Shown here one piece after another: positions 10,916 to 23,682 of a stretch of DNA of 64,000 nt. The DNA is taken from positions 16,492,001-16,556,000 of the forward strand of contig OZ287758.1 of assembly GCA_965649765.1 (NCBI GenBank), written 5' to 3'. Within the stretch, counting starts at the first letter, position 1, and every line of letters begins with the position of its first letter. A program made the translations under genes and the position numbers. This stretch comes from Bispira polyomma. Lineage: Eukaryota. The notes beneath the pieces are model-generated. The model had not been told where the DNA came from, made no database searches, and worked only from the letters and a program-made list of their open reading frames with translations.

Positions 10916-12403
10916 CCATAATGGTCAACAAGAAAAACTTGATGAAAAAATGCCATTGACTCTGTAGTGTGATCATCATTAGTGGTTTATTGATGCTGTG
11001 TTTTAGAAGGTTCCTGGTCAAATAAGCTCACTAAATATTCACAATACAACACACAATACAAATACCTCTTGCATAAACTCCAAACACTGGATACTACCAA
11101 TGAAATCTATCTGTCACCCTGTATTTTCTCTTTTTATATTTTGATAGTATTCAGCATGTAGAACACAAAAAACATCATAACATGAACATTTTTAGCCCTA
11201 AAACAAAAACTATCCCCAGGAACTTAGTTCTGGGTAACTTTGAAAATACAAAAAAAACCACTCATCAAAACGTGTCCATTTATATACTATATATTATAAT
11301 AATATGGTTTGACATACTTTGATCTCTAACTGAGATGGAAAAAGAACACAACAAACATAAGTATATGGTGAACAAATTCTACTTCTTCTTGCGATTGAAG
11401 TAAATCATACAATTAGAAAAGATCAATTGTACATACAAATATGCTCATGATAAATAAGTAGTGATATTAGTAAAACTTTCATGTTTAGCTTACTTTTTTG
11501 TTAATATGTACCAGTCTTTCTTGTATATATCTGTAATTAATTAATTAATTATATTATTTATTTTATGTTTTTCCTGTCAATAGCAGGTTATACCTTGTAA
11601 AAACATCACTTCTGTTTATAACCTTTTCAATACAACCCTATTTTTATGTTTATATTGGTTTTGCTACTCAATATATCTTATGGCACTGAATAAATGATTT
11701 ATTATTTATATATTTTAGCACAACATGTTTTATCTTCCAGAAATTGTTTCTATGTTATCAAGCATGTTGCTGTTTACTCAATGAACTTCTAAATATTCCA
11801 ATCACACAAATTGTCCAATTATGTTTAATTCCAATCATCCAATATTTTGACCAGTTCATCTGATTCACTATTGAATTAACTGACATTTTCAGACAGACAG
11901 AAAACCCAATCTTGTCTACAAGTCACCCAGAATATCACTAACGAGATTCTGGATTAAGGACTCAAGACCGATCTGTCTGGTACAGGACATTTTACCCGAT
12001 AGAGGGGACATTAATATTCTCCAGCAATGGTGTTTGCATGGCCTTGAATATTTATAAAACGCCAAGTTTTAGCTTGACTATCAGTAAGCTTTAACTTAAT
12101 TTACAACTACATATTATTGATTTGTCATCAGAATCTGTTGGATCAATTATCACTGCTCTAGATTGGATCATATCCTGCGTTGCTGGTGGCCTGCATCTAT
12201 AAAAAAACCGAACAACCCTGTCCCAAACACAAACAGTGTTCATTATCACATGCACACCCATGACAATCAAAATTATCTTTTTTTTCAGGATCGTATTCTA
12301 TCTTTCTGGTAAACATCTGGACATCCAGACTATGACCACTCATATTCTAAGGAGTTCTGTGTTCTCCCATGGCATATTAGTCAGGAAGTTGGTTTAGTTA
12401 TCG

Positions 12404-13175
12404 GAAGGTCCCTGGTATAACTTCTGGTCGGGGAGTAGGTCTGGTGATCAGAAGGTCCCTGGTATAACTTCTGGTCGGGGAGTAGGTCTGGTGATCAGAA
12501 GGTCCCTGGTATAACTTCTGGTCGGGGAGTAGGTCTGGTGATCAGAAGGTCCCTGGTATAACCTATGGTCGGGGAGTAGGTCTGGTGATCAGAAGGTCCC
12601 TGGTATAACTTCTGGTCGGGGAGTAGGTCTGGTGATCTGAAAGTCCCTGGTATAACTTCTGGTCGGGGAGTAGGTCTGGTGATCTGAAGGTCCCTGGTAT
12701 AACCTATGGTCGGGGAGTAGGTCTGGTGATCAGAAGGTCCCTGGTATAACTTCTGGTCGGGGAGTAGGTCTGGTGATCTGAAAGTCCTGGTATAACTTCT
12801 GGTCGGGGAGTAGGTCTGGTGATCAGAAGGTCCCTGGTATAACCTATGGTCGGGGAGTAGGTCTGGTGATCAGAAGGTCCCTGGTATAACTTATGGTCGG
12901 GGAGTAGGTCTGGTGATCTGAAGGTCCCTGGTATAACTTATGGTTGGGGAGTAGGTCTGGTGATCTGAAGGTCCCTGGTATAACTTCTGGTCGGGGAGTA
13001 GGTCTGGTGATCAGAAGGTCCCTGGTATAACCTATGGTCGGGGAGTAGGTCTGGTGATCAGAAGGTCCCTGGTATAACCTATGGTCGGGGAGTAGGTCTG
13101 GTGATCTGAAAGTCCCTGGTATAACTTCTGGTAGGGGAGTAGGTCTGGTGATCAGAAGGTCCCCAGTTCAACTCC
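12404..13175 (+). repeat. 47-bp tandem minisatellite, 16 full units, derived from a SINE tRNA head
   Basis: Unit gaaggtccctggtataacttctggtcggggagtaggtctggtgatca starting at 12404, 12451, ... 13108, with terminal partial gaaggtccccagttcaactcc at 13155. Confidence 0.95.
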
Positions 13176-16100
13176 TTTTAACCAAGGCTATGTTGTAGGA
13201 CTATCCCTTTTGGAGACTGAGCACATTAGAGGATGATATATCACTAGGACAAATCATTAGATAAAGGCTTCAATAATAATAATAATTGGTATCAAACCTT
13301 CAGTCCGTAACTAAGTATTTTTATAAGGTCACCTTAATTTCTGGTAACACCTGTACCAGGTTCATGAGTATGTCAAACAACTCCACAGGTTAGGTATTTA
13401 TTACAAGATTCTGTAAATCCCAAGTATCACTTACTATAAAACAATCACTGATCCACAGTCTCTATATTTGGCATTCTTTTATCTGTGAGCAAACTCTCGA
13501 GATGTAATAGACTGTCTAGATTTTCCTTGTTTTACTCAAGAGAAAAGGTGACCCTGTAGCTTTGATAGTAATCACATATTACTCTAATGAACAGTATTTG
13601 TATTGATGTTAGATCACAATCATATTTTTCTAGTTCCTAAATTAAGCCTTAACTCATCTTTAGAAACATTGCTTATTCTCTATGACGATTTTGTGATGGT
13701 GAAATACACGTTCGCTTATGATCATGTGTTTTTGAATGTAGTTTGAAGATGTTTATTTTTTTTATGATAATCTGTTGAAAATTGCTTACATCAATAAGGA
13801 TATTAAACTTCCCAAAGCAATATTTTATTTTGATATCTTAAGCCAATTGATCTTGAAAATAGCGAGCTCTAAGATTCAACAACCTGAATCATATAACATT
13901 TGTCACCAAATAATAAAAACATAACTACTTGTTCATTAGAAAAGAAAAGATCCCTCTTTTAAGATAATTAGTCTTCATCAACAAAAAGGGCAAACCTGCA
14001 ACAAATTATTGGTCATTAGTTGAACCGTCTGTCTATCCAGTAGGCCACATGAGAGCACACAAATTAAAATTTTTAACCTAAGATGCACATTACAAATAAT
14101 GCAGTACATTTAACAATGTAATAGACAGTGTTCTACACCAAAAGCACATTCATGTTGCTTCATATAAAATCAGCCCATGTTAGCTTCTTTAAAGGAAAGC
14201 TTTGGATTGCCTTGAATGTTATCAGGAGGCAGCCATCAACTCCTAATAAATCTAGCTGAGCTCTAGGGTACACAGTAATTGTTCCCTTGCTAATAGCTGA
14301 ACAGGCTTCGTAATTAGATACTCAATATATGGGTAATTTAAGAGAGTGGCGCTTTGGGGCTCGCTTAGAGATTTTTTTTGTTTCAGATTTTAACCAAACT
14401 TTAGTACTTACACTAAATGTTGTTGCTACGTATGAGCAAAAATGTATTTTAAAATATTTAGTTTAAAAATATAAACCTTTAATTTTAATATATTTACCAA
14501 TGAATGAAGACCAGCATACATCTACTGCATGTTTATTCTAGAACACAGACATCTTTTTTATTTTTGAAGTATTAGTTATTTGGTAGTAATTTGAATATTA
14601 AAGCACACAAATAACATGATATTTAGTAAGGGCTCCATACATTATGTGAATATTTAGTATATTTTGACATTATTAAACTTTGACGACAATATGTGTCACA
14701 TCATAAACAGAGACTAGTTTTGAAAATCTGACTATTGTATTTTCAATGTATGATTAATACATGTCCTGGTCATGTAAAGTTCTAGAATGTAGGCCTAAAC
14801 TGAACATTTCTATTTCAGCTAAGCAGCTGATCCGATAAGGTATCATACATGTCGTAAATACACTTACACACGCTATATGAACAATCAGCAAGAGCATATA
14901 TTTTTTTGCTCTAAACCAACCTTTGACTTGTCTAAATAAAATAGAAGAAACCAAAAACTAATTTGTAAGACCTGCTCTATTGGTTGATTTTAGTAAATAT
15001 ATCTCTCTAATTAGGTAGACATCAAGGTTAAAATATAAATGCATAGGCAAATAATTATGCTAAAACTTACCCACTTGTCTATAGTTGTTTATTGTCCAAC
15101 TGTTGCTTTTGATAGTAAACCAACCCCACTTACTTGTTACAGTTTTGTATATGCCTCTATTTTGGTATGTAGTTTTAATGTATCCACTCCCTTTCCAAGA
15201 GACACTGACGATAACTGACAACCTCTAACTCAGACTGCTAGACACACTCACAGCTTTATCCCTCTAAATTAAATAGTGAAACTTCAGATGTATTCCTTAA
15301 TGATAATGTATTGAGTTAAAGTGATATGAACGGCTGCAGAACTACATCCCCATCCATTACACACTGTGGCTAGAATCACACTTCTCTCATTATCAGGCTT
15401 TCAGTCTACTGACGTTTGCAAGAGAGAAGAGAGAGATGGGGAGAAGGGAGAGGGTGTTGGTAGCTTTTAGAAAACTACTGCCGTGTCATTTAGTAACATA
15501 TTATTTGGTATTATATCTTACTGCAAAAAAACTGTCAATGTATCCACATGAAGAGGTTGCTAACCAGTAAGTGCAATTAGCAATGACTGTAGCCAAAGTG
15601 CTGATAATTGACAGGAAGCTGCAGAAAAAAGGCCTTTACATGATGATATAAGAGGTAGTTGTACATGGTTTATGCATTGGACCTTTACGATAATATATTG
15701 CTGATACAAATTCTACCATACACCACTACAATAAGACCATGATAGTCTGGGTATTTTTTTCATATCTGAGGGAAACAACTTAATTACCAGAAATACTTTG
15801 GGTATTGTTATATTTCACTTTATTTAAAATAAAGTACAGTTATATGCAGTCAATATAAATATTGTTGCCATAACCAAGTACATGAGAGACATAAAATAAT
15901 GTCTGGTTCATATATCTCATGGTAATAATCCTATAAGGAATGGTAACAAAAGTAGAAATTTATATGGAAGTATCCGACATAAATTGTTAACTTACTGAGA
16001 ATACTTTCAGAATATTAATTATGATTAATGTTTAGATGTGTAATATAAAAAACTTGCAGAAAGTAACAAGATATCTACAGTTTCAGGTAATACCAAGCTC

Positions 16101-19100
16101 TTTTTGCCAAAGTGAGCTCAGGAAACAATGCAATTTTACCTTTAGCTTGAAAAGAAATTCTCTTAAATAAAATAGAAAAGCTGAAGGCTGTGTAATAAAA
16201 CCCACACATGTACCAGCCAAGTTACCTCACAGGAGGCACGGGGGACATTGTGTGGGGGATATCTGAAAGAAAAAATGAATAGTTTAATTAAGTTACTGAG
16301 ACCTGATAGAAAACTCCTAAGCAGCTGATTGCCTGCAAATGGAAGATAGTGATTCCATTTAGCCACCAGAAACTTAAAGTAGCTGAAGTGTTTTTTTTTT
16401 TAAAATTATACATATTAAGTCAGGTAAATTATATCAGGAAAAACTCTGGTATAATTAATTTACTAGCAGATGTTACTGATTATTATCAAGGTATACTTCG
16501 TCATCCTAAAGCTATCGCATTTTAGGATTATTTTTACGGATATTAAGTTGAACGAACATTTGTGTTGGTGTCTGTATGAAAGCACTATCTCCTTAATGAC
16601 TTTTAAGGCACTAGTTTGAAATAACAGGCTGTTTCATTAGCTCTCCTCTCCCTCCAGCCCCGAACTTTTTCCCCAATCAGACTCAAATGTACCTTAGTTT
16701 ACATTCAGTGCTGTTGTAACATACTGTGTTATATAGTTACAAAAAAAAAAAAAATATACAAGACCATATGACTGTTGATGTGACTTAGTAAGGCCTTGTG
16801 GTCACATGAATTACAATATTACATGAACTATACACATACCAACAATGTCAATTAGTTACCATATTACATAAACTATGCATAGAGACATGTGCCTTGTACA
16901 TTCATTTCCTGTCAAACATTAAGCCATATATCTCAATCAGAACTTATTTGTAAGGTTCATCTGGTAACTTACTTTCTTTAGTAACAGTCAGTGACACAAT
17001 GACAAACTAAGTTGTAATATAAGAGGGAATATATTGAGATATACTCTTTCCTTTCCACAGATTGCTGAAACTGTTGTACATGATCCAAGGTAGTCTTTTC
17101 TTGGTCCTGTATTTGTGCAGAGGTTTATGTCATCATAAACCACAAGTTTCTGTGGATCTGGTGACAGTGGAATCTTTGATGTTTTTTTTATTGAGGTAAA
17201 TCATTTAGTCATGTTCCATTGTAAGCATAATACTTAATATTATGTAATAACACTATATCTCAATTAATTATCCAGGTTACCACAATTGCAGCTTTTTTTC
17301 ACAACCTTATTTTTGCATGAGAAGAAAGAAGCCGAAAAGGTCAAACTTTGAGCTAAATTGGATGAATTTTTGTACTTGTGGTTTAAGAAACACAACCAGA
17401 TTTAAATGCTATCGATTTTGAATGTATATATATATTGCTATAATAAAGATATAGTTAAAATGACATTTAAAATTTAAGTGGTTAAAATATTGTCTGGACT
17501 TCTTATATTATTGTCTAGCACAATTTCATAAACAATGACATAATCTGGAGCCAATAAAAAATAAAAAGTCATTATGACAAGGTTCTATTTCACTTATTTC
17601 GTTTCTCCCAATTCTCTCTGAAGCTGATAACTTTGGTTTGGCAAGCAAATACATTCAATTTTTTTCAAAGCTTTTATAGATGCTTTATTACAATCTCCAA
17701 TATCATAGTCTACTATGAACCATGCTTCTTTATAGTAAATCTCTTTATAACAATTTTTTTCGAAGACATATTTTATACTACTTCTGCAATACACTGTTTT
17801 ACTTTTTGGCCACATATAACTGATCTTACCACCAAGATGCCACCCAACATTTGTGCACCATATCTTTAACCCCGTAAGCCCCCTCTCCCATAGATGTCAT
17901 AAATATGTCACTACAGTGTTACAACTGATGCTGTAGACCACTTTTACAAACATGGTACTTCAAATTAAATCATGTATATATTTCCTTTTTCCCTGGAAAT
18001 TGTTTTTCTCTCTCATATAAGTAAATGTCTGGAATCTGACTTTATCAGTTCTATTAAGACTACTTTCTCATTTTAATGTTTTGTTTTTAGTTCATGTATT
18101 TGTGTTAGTGTTTAGATAAATAAAATTTACGTATTTTCTGTCTTACATTAATTCCACTTAGTAGAAATAAGGTCTGAACAATCTATTCACAATAAGACAA
18201 AGGTATAATTAACCTTAAATGACGAAAAAGATTACTTTCCAGAGGGGTTTGTGGTTGAGAAATGTTAAACTATTTTCTATATCATGGATTTAATCTATAT
18301 GCAATCTTCAAAGCATCACATTTTTAGTGAAAACATTAGTCAAGCTATAACATAACTTTTCATCATGTAACGATGCAATAAGCTATAATTTTTCAACTAC
18401 CCTTTCAAGCATCTGTGTGTCGTGATTCTAAGGCATATGTTAAGGTGGTTTTTCATGACCCAAAGAAGTATAAGTGTAACTGTTTTCATGAACAATAGCT
18501 GCATTAAGTGATATCTAATTATTATGGGACATAAACATCTACTGAAATGAGGTCACATAAGCTGGCATAAATAACCTACAAAGCCTGTATGAATTATTCC
18601 TTTAACAGATAAAAACACTGTTTGTATCAAACTTATCTGTATGTAATTTATATCATCAGAACACACAAGGAAAGATATTGACACATTGACAACCTTGTTC
18701 ATCAACCTGTAGTCGACGGCCATTTCTATACACCAGTGCCATGTCCGTTGGACAGCAATCGACAGTACATAATATTTTGATATAGCTCCATCAGCACTCA
18801 GGAATATTATCTATGTGGTACAGTGATTTTACCGTAAAATTAAATATATGCTCTAATTTATGAGGCAATAAGTAGTAGCAAAAACATCACTTTAATACAA
18901 CTAGCTGATGGAGCTGGTCCTGGGATCATGATAACGTTTGATGAAAATCTTTTTGAGATACCTTAATAATGAATGTCAAAATCTCAAGATGCTTAATCTT
19001 CATACAGATTAATTGTAAGTTACAACAAGCAAACATTCTCTGAGAAACTTGGCAAACAACAATACAAGCATAGGACTATAAATCTTTAAGTCTATGCTAA

Positions 19101-19629
19101 TTTTTTTATATCCTTATTTTTTCTTATATAAAATGGGTTGCTATTTTCTTTAAAAGAAAAGTTTTGTATTGCACTCAATATTATCAGTAAACAACCATAA
19201 TTTTCAAATAAATTTGACAAAGCTAAAGAGTACACAGTAATTGTTCCCTTGCTAATGGCCAAATAGGCTTCTTAATTAGATATATAATGTATGGGTAATT
19301 TAATGTAGCGGTGCTTTGGGGCTTGTTCGGAGTTTTTTGTTTGACAACAACCAAAGAGTGATTTAAGCCAACATTTAGTGGCCAAGCTTAGCATTAGTCT
19401 ATTGCTGAATGGTACTTTATGAAAATAGACTTTACATTTTACAGACATTTACTTCAGGTTAATTCTAGAAAAGTTTTAAATTTATTTAGTAAAAATACAT
19501 TCAACCCAACAGTTTGAATAATTAAAAACCTAACTATTACTTACCAAGATATTTTATGAGTCCTAGTTAATATGCAAAGGTATCTAACCCAGGTCTGGTG
19601 ATATATCATTAGAGTAGCAGATCTGTCCT

Positions 19630-19878
19630 GGGGCCGCATTGGCCTAGTGGTTAGCAAGCATTGCGCTTCACAATCACTGGTCTCTAGGCGGCGTGAGTTC
19701 GAATCCCGTCGATGCCTATGTGGGAAAGGTGGTAGTTCCTTACTGTGGGCTGCTGGTTTCTCTGCAGAACCTTGACCAACTGTATGCAGTGTTTCCTCCA
19801 GCATTTCCAACTACCCATCCCAATATAACCTACTAAAAGGTACTAGAGTGGATGTTAAATATCCAAATTCAAATTCAA
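19630..19878 (+). mobile_element. RUDI/V-SINE-like tRNA-derived SINE, full length with 14-bp TSD
   Basis: A box tggcctagtgg, B box gagttcgaatcc, V-like ggtttc...gtttcctcca, tail gatgttaaatatcc(aaattc)n; TSD AGCAGATCTGTCCT at 19616-19629 and 19879-19892. Confidence 0.9.
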
Positions 19879-20242
19879 AGCAGATCTGTCCTAGACCAAC
19901 CCTGGTCACACAAGCTCTCTACCACAGCTAATATACTATTAGTTTATGAGTAGCAGATCTGTCTCAGACCAATTCTAGTCACACAAAGACGGTGAACGTA
20001 TTCATGTCATTAATAATAATTATGAAAGAAAGGAGTTATATATTTTAATTAAAACTGTATATGTAATACATAGGTATTAAATAACTGCTAGTTTGTAATG
20101 TATATAAGTTAGGGTCCTTGTTTTGTTAACTCTTTTAAAAAACAGGCCCTCGACAACTATAGATTCCATCTTCTTAAAGCACTACTGTAGAACCAAACCT
20201 ATACAGATGATGTACCATTACTGTGGGATTACTAGATCTTAC

Positions 20243-20320
20243 TGTCTCGATATTATTTTGCTAATGTCTGTATTTGTATATTGTCTCGATATTATTTTGC
20301 TAATGTCTGTATTTGTATAT
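20243..20320. repeat. 39-bp tandem duplication
   Basis: tgtctcgatattattttgctaatgtctgtatttgtatat x2. Confidence 0.9.
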
Positions 20321-22013
20321 TAACTCTCACCACTCACACCTGCTAGTAACAAAATATTGCACAACAAGGTAATATCATAATGTAGCATTTGATTGAAAAA
20401 ATACCATTGCCATATTCAGGTGTAAATTGTCAGTAAATTCTCACTGTAAAATATGACCAAAACGAGGATGAACATAAATCAAACACATATTGTGCTTTTT
20501 CCGTTCAGAAAAGAAGAAATTGTCTGCATACGGATGAACAAGAAGTTACTTTGGAATTCTCTCTTGGAAAAGCCTTGCAGATAAGCAAGACTAATTAACC
20601 AGAATGTTAGATTGTTCTTATTTAAAAAATATTATATCAATATTTGTCTGATTTCAACAAAATTGAAGAAAAAAAGAGCAACTTGTGAGAATTTGGAATT
20701 GCAATTCTTTAGTTTTCAGCTCTATTGATTTATGTATTTTCAATAAGGCACACATAAATGCCAAAATAACACCCTGCCATAATGGACATAATTATACTAA
20801 AACTTACCAGTCTTCTACTGTCCGAGGTGTTTTTTACTGGAAACCAACTCTTAAGCAACTCTCAAAGCTTTAGATGTATCATTGTCTCCATCCAGGTTGC
20901 AGTTTTAATGTACAGACCACTTTCAGAGGAAAATTCTTGACAGACAAACCCTAACTCAGACAGTTAGACACACACAGCTATATATCCTTAAATTACATAG
21001 TGAAACTTTACCTGTATGCTGTAATTGTAATATATTGAGTTAAAGTGATATCAACGACTGCAGAACTATATCCACCACACAACTGTGTCTGGAATCACAC
21101 AAATCTGCTCTTATTATAGGCATTTCAGTCTTCTGACATTATTGAGGGGAGATGTTTTTAAAAAATACTGCAAAATGATTTATATAAATGGTATTTGTTA
21201 TACCTCTTACTGCACAAATTGGTATTGTATGTATGTAAAGGTGATTATAGAATTTAGAGCACATGGAGCAATTAACAATGAATGTAGTGCAATGTAAGAG
21301 GAAAGCCACTCTAAGTGCTGTTTATTTTAGCAGGTAGCATTAAAAACACTTGCATGATACAAGAGGCAGTCATACATATTCTACACATTGGACCTTTACT
21401 GTTACATATTGTTCATTCAAATCTGACCGTATCTACTTAAACAATAGCCAACTATATTTCAGTGTTATTTTTTTGGTATACAGCTCAAGTACCAGGTATA
21501 CTTTTGGAAATTATTAGATACCATGTAATATGGAAGTCCATTGTATAAAATCCTATATCAGTATTACAATATAAATATATACTCAGTCATATTTTTCATG
21601 TAAAAAATTTTGAGAGACACAGAGTGAAAAATAGCAAATTATATCCCAGTATAACAAAAATTGCAAATTTACAAGTGGCGGCACTTTCAGAAAATTAAAT
21701 GTGCTTTACCTTCACAAAATGTAACACAATATCCCAGTTTTAATTAATACAAGCCTTTTTGCCAGTAAAAGTTAAGGAAACAATCTGATTGTAACTGTAG
21801 TTAGGAAATGAATTCTCTTAAATGGCATAGAGAAGTTGAACAGTGTATAATGAAAGACACACAACTGCCAGGCCAAGTTACCTTACAGAATCCATGGGGA
21901 CAGTGTGTGGAGGGAACCTGAAAAAAGAGATCTGAAAGAAAAAAATCTCAGCAGCTGATTGCCTACAAATGGGAGACGGATATTGTATTTAATCATCAGG
22001 AACTTAAATCAGC

Positions 22014-22174
22014 NNNNNNNNNNNNNNNNNNNNNNNNNNNNNNNNNNNNNNNNNNNNNNNNNNNNNNNNNNNNNNNNNNNNNNNNNNNNNNNNNNNNNNN
22101 NNNNNNNNNNNNNNNNNNNNNNNNNNNNNNNNNNNNNNNNNNNNNNNNNNNNNNNNNNNNNNNNNNNNNNNNNN
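22014..22174. other. Assembly gap (161 N)
   Basis: Run of N. Confidence 1.
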
Positions 22175-23625
22175 AAACACTGGTGTAATCACTTTAGCAC
22201 CAGATGTCATTGATATTTACCAAGGTGGTTTACTTCTTATTCCTGAATTAGAATTGTCTAAATTGATTTAAATTAAGTTGGCATAAAATTTCTAAAGCTG
22301 TATTTTCTATGACGTTTAGGGCACCAGCTTCAGATAACCTACCGTGTCATGCCCCTCCCCCCAAAATAATCCCCAGCCAGACACAAATTAGCAATAGTTG
22401 TAAATATAATAGAAGTTAATCAAATCTGTATACCAACGGTTACATTGGGTACTATCTGGACACACAATGCCAAACACTAAAAGGTTGTACAAGGGCTCAG
22501 TCCAGACTGTGGATGTGACTTAGTGAAGCTTTGTTGTCACATAAATTACTATAATACATGAACTATACACATACCAAACAAGTCAATTAGTTACCATATT
22601 ACATGAACTATGTATAGGAGTTGTGTACGTTTCCTGTCAAACATTTAGCAATGTATCTCAGTCAGGACTTATTTGTCACAATATATGTAAGTAGAAACAT
22701 TCACACCACTTGTGGTTTATAACCGTCAAAGGTTCATCTGGTAACTTTATTACTATAATAAAAGTTATTAATGGTAACAGAAGAGGGAATATATTGAAAT
22801 ATACCTATATCTTTTCTTAAGAATGCTGAAGCTATTGTGCAGAATACAAGGAAGTATTTTGTTGTTCCTGTATTTATGCAGAGGTTTATATGAACATAAA
22901 CCACAATTTTGTGTGGATCTTGCAAAGGCAGAATCTTTGATATGTTTTATTCAGGTAAGTGTCATTGTAAGTATAATACCTGAGATTACATTGTAACACT
23001 ATCTCCCGAATAATTATCCTTCTTACCACAATTGCAATACAGCTTTATTCTCAAATTTGTTTTTTTTGCATAAAAAGAAAAAAAGCCTTTCTAAAGGTCA
23101 AACGTTAAACTAAATTTCATAACTTTTTATGCTTGTGTTTTAAGAGACAGATCCAGTTATAAATACCAATGTGATTTTAATTGATAAATGTTCATATAGA
23201 AACATTTATATATATTGCTGGATTACAAATATAGTTCAAATGACAGTTAAGATTAACGTGTATGGAATATTATCTAGAAATCTTATTTTATTGTTTATCA
23301 CAATTTCGTGAACAATTACTTAATCTGCAACCTTATCAAAAGAAAGGACGCCATTAGGATTATATTATATTTCACTTCCTTCTTTTCTCCTAATTATCTC
23401 TGAAGCTGATCAAATTTGGGTTGCAAAGAAATCTCTTTTAGTGCCTTTATAGAGGTTTTATAACATTTTTCTATTATTTTGAAATTTTCCCCAATCTACT
23501 ATTAACTGTGATTCTAAAAGAATATATTTTTTAAATAATAATAATAATATTCAGATACATTTATTTTATAATAACTTCTGAAATATTACCGATGCCACCC
23601 AACATTTCCCCACCAAAACTTTGCA

Positions 23626-23682
23626 GCAGCGGTGATCCTGTTGTTATAAGCCTTAAATCACTGGCCTCTCACCTCTAGGAAT
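23626..23682 (+). mobile_element. Degenerate RUDI-like SINE head fragment
   Basis: aatcactggcctctcacctctagg matches the head of the SINE family at 19630/44221. Confidence 0.5.

Noticed and set aside
11720-12380. Coding-like relic with a nearly open plus frame
   Set aside because: Stops in all frames examined and no recognisable motif
12404-13175. CRISPR-like array
   Set aside because: Head-to-tail units with no unique spacers, no cas genes, eukaryotic context
17594-17869. ORFs in family 1 copy 1
   Set aside because: Paralogous segments at ~23.4-23.6 kb and ~32.8-33.0 kb carry indels and no domain was recognised
19541-19810. ORFs over SINEs (also 29249-29567, 44263-44560, 5414-5710, 9809-10003)
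   Set aside because: Incidental open frames in GC-richer SINE sequence
21959-22213. ORFs spanning the N gap
   Set aside because: Artefacts of N translation
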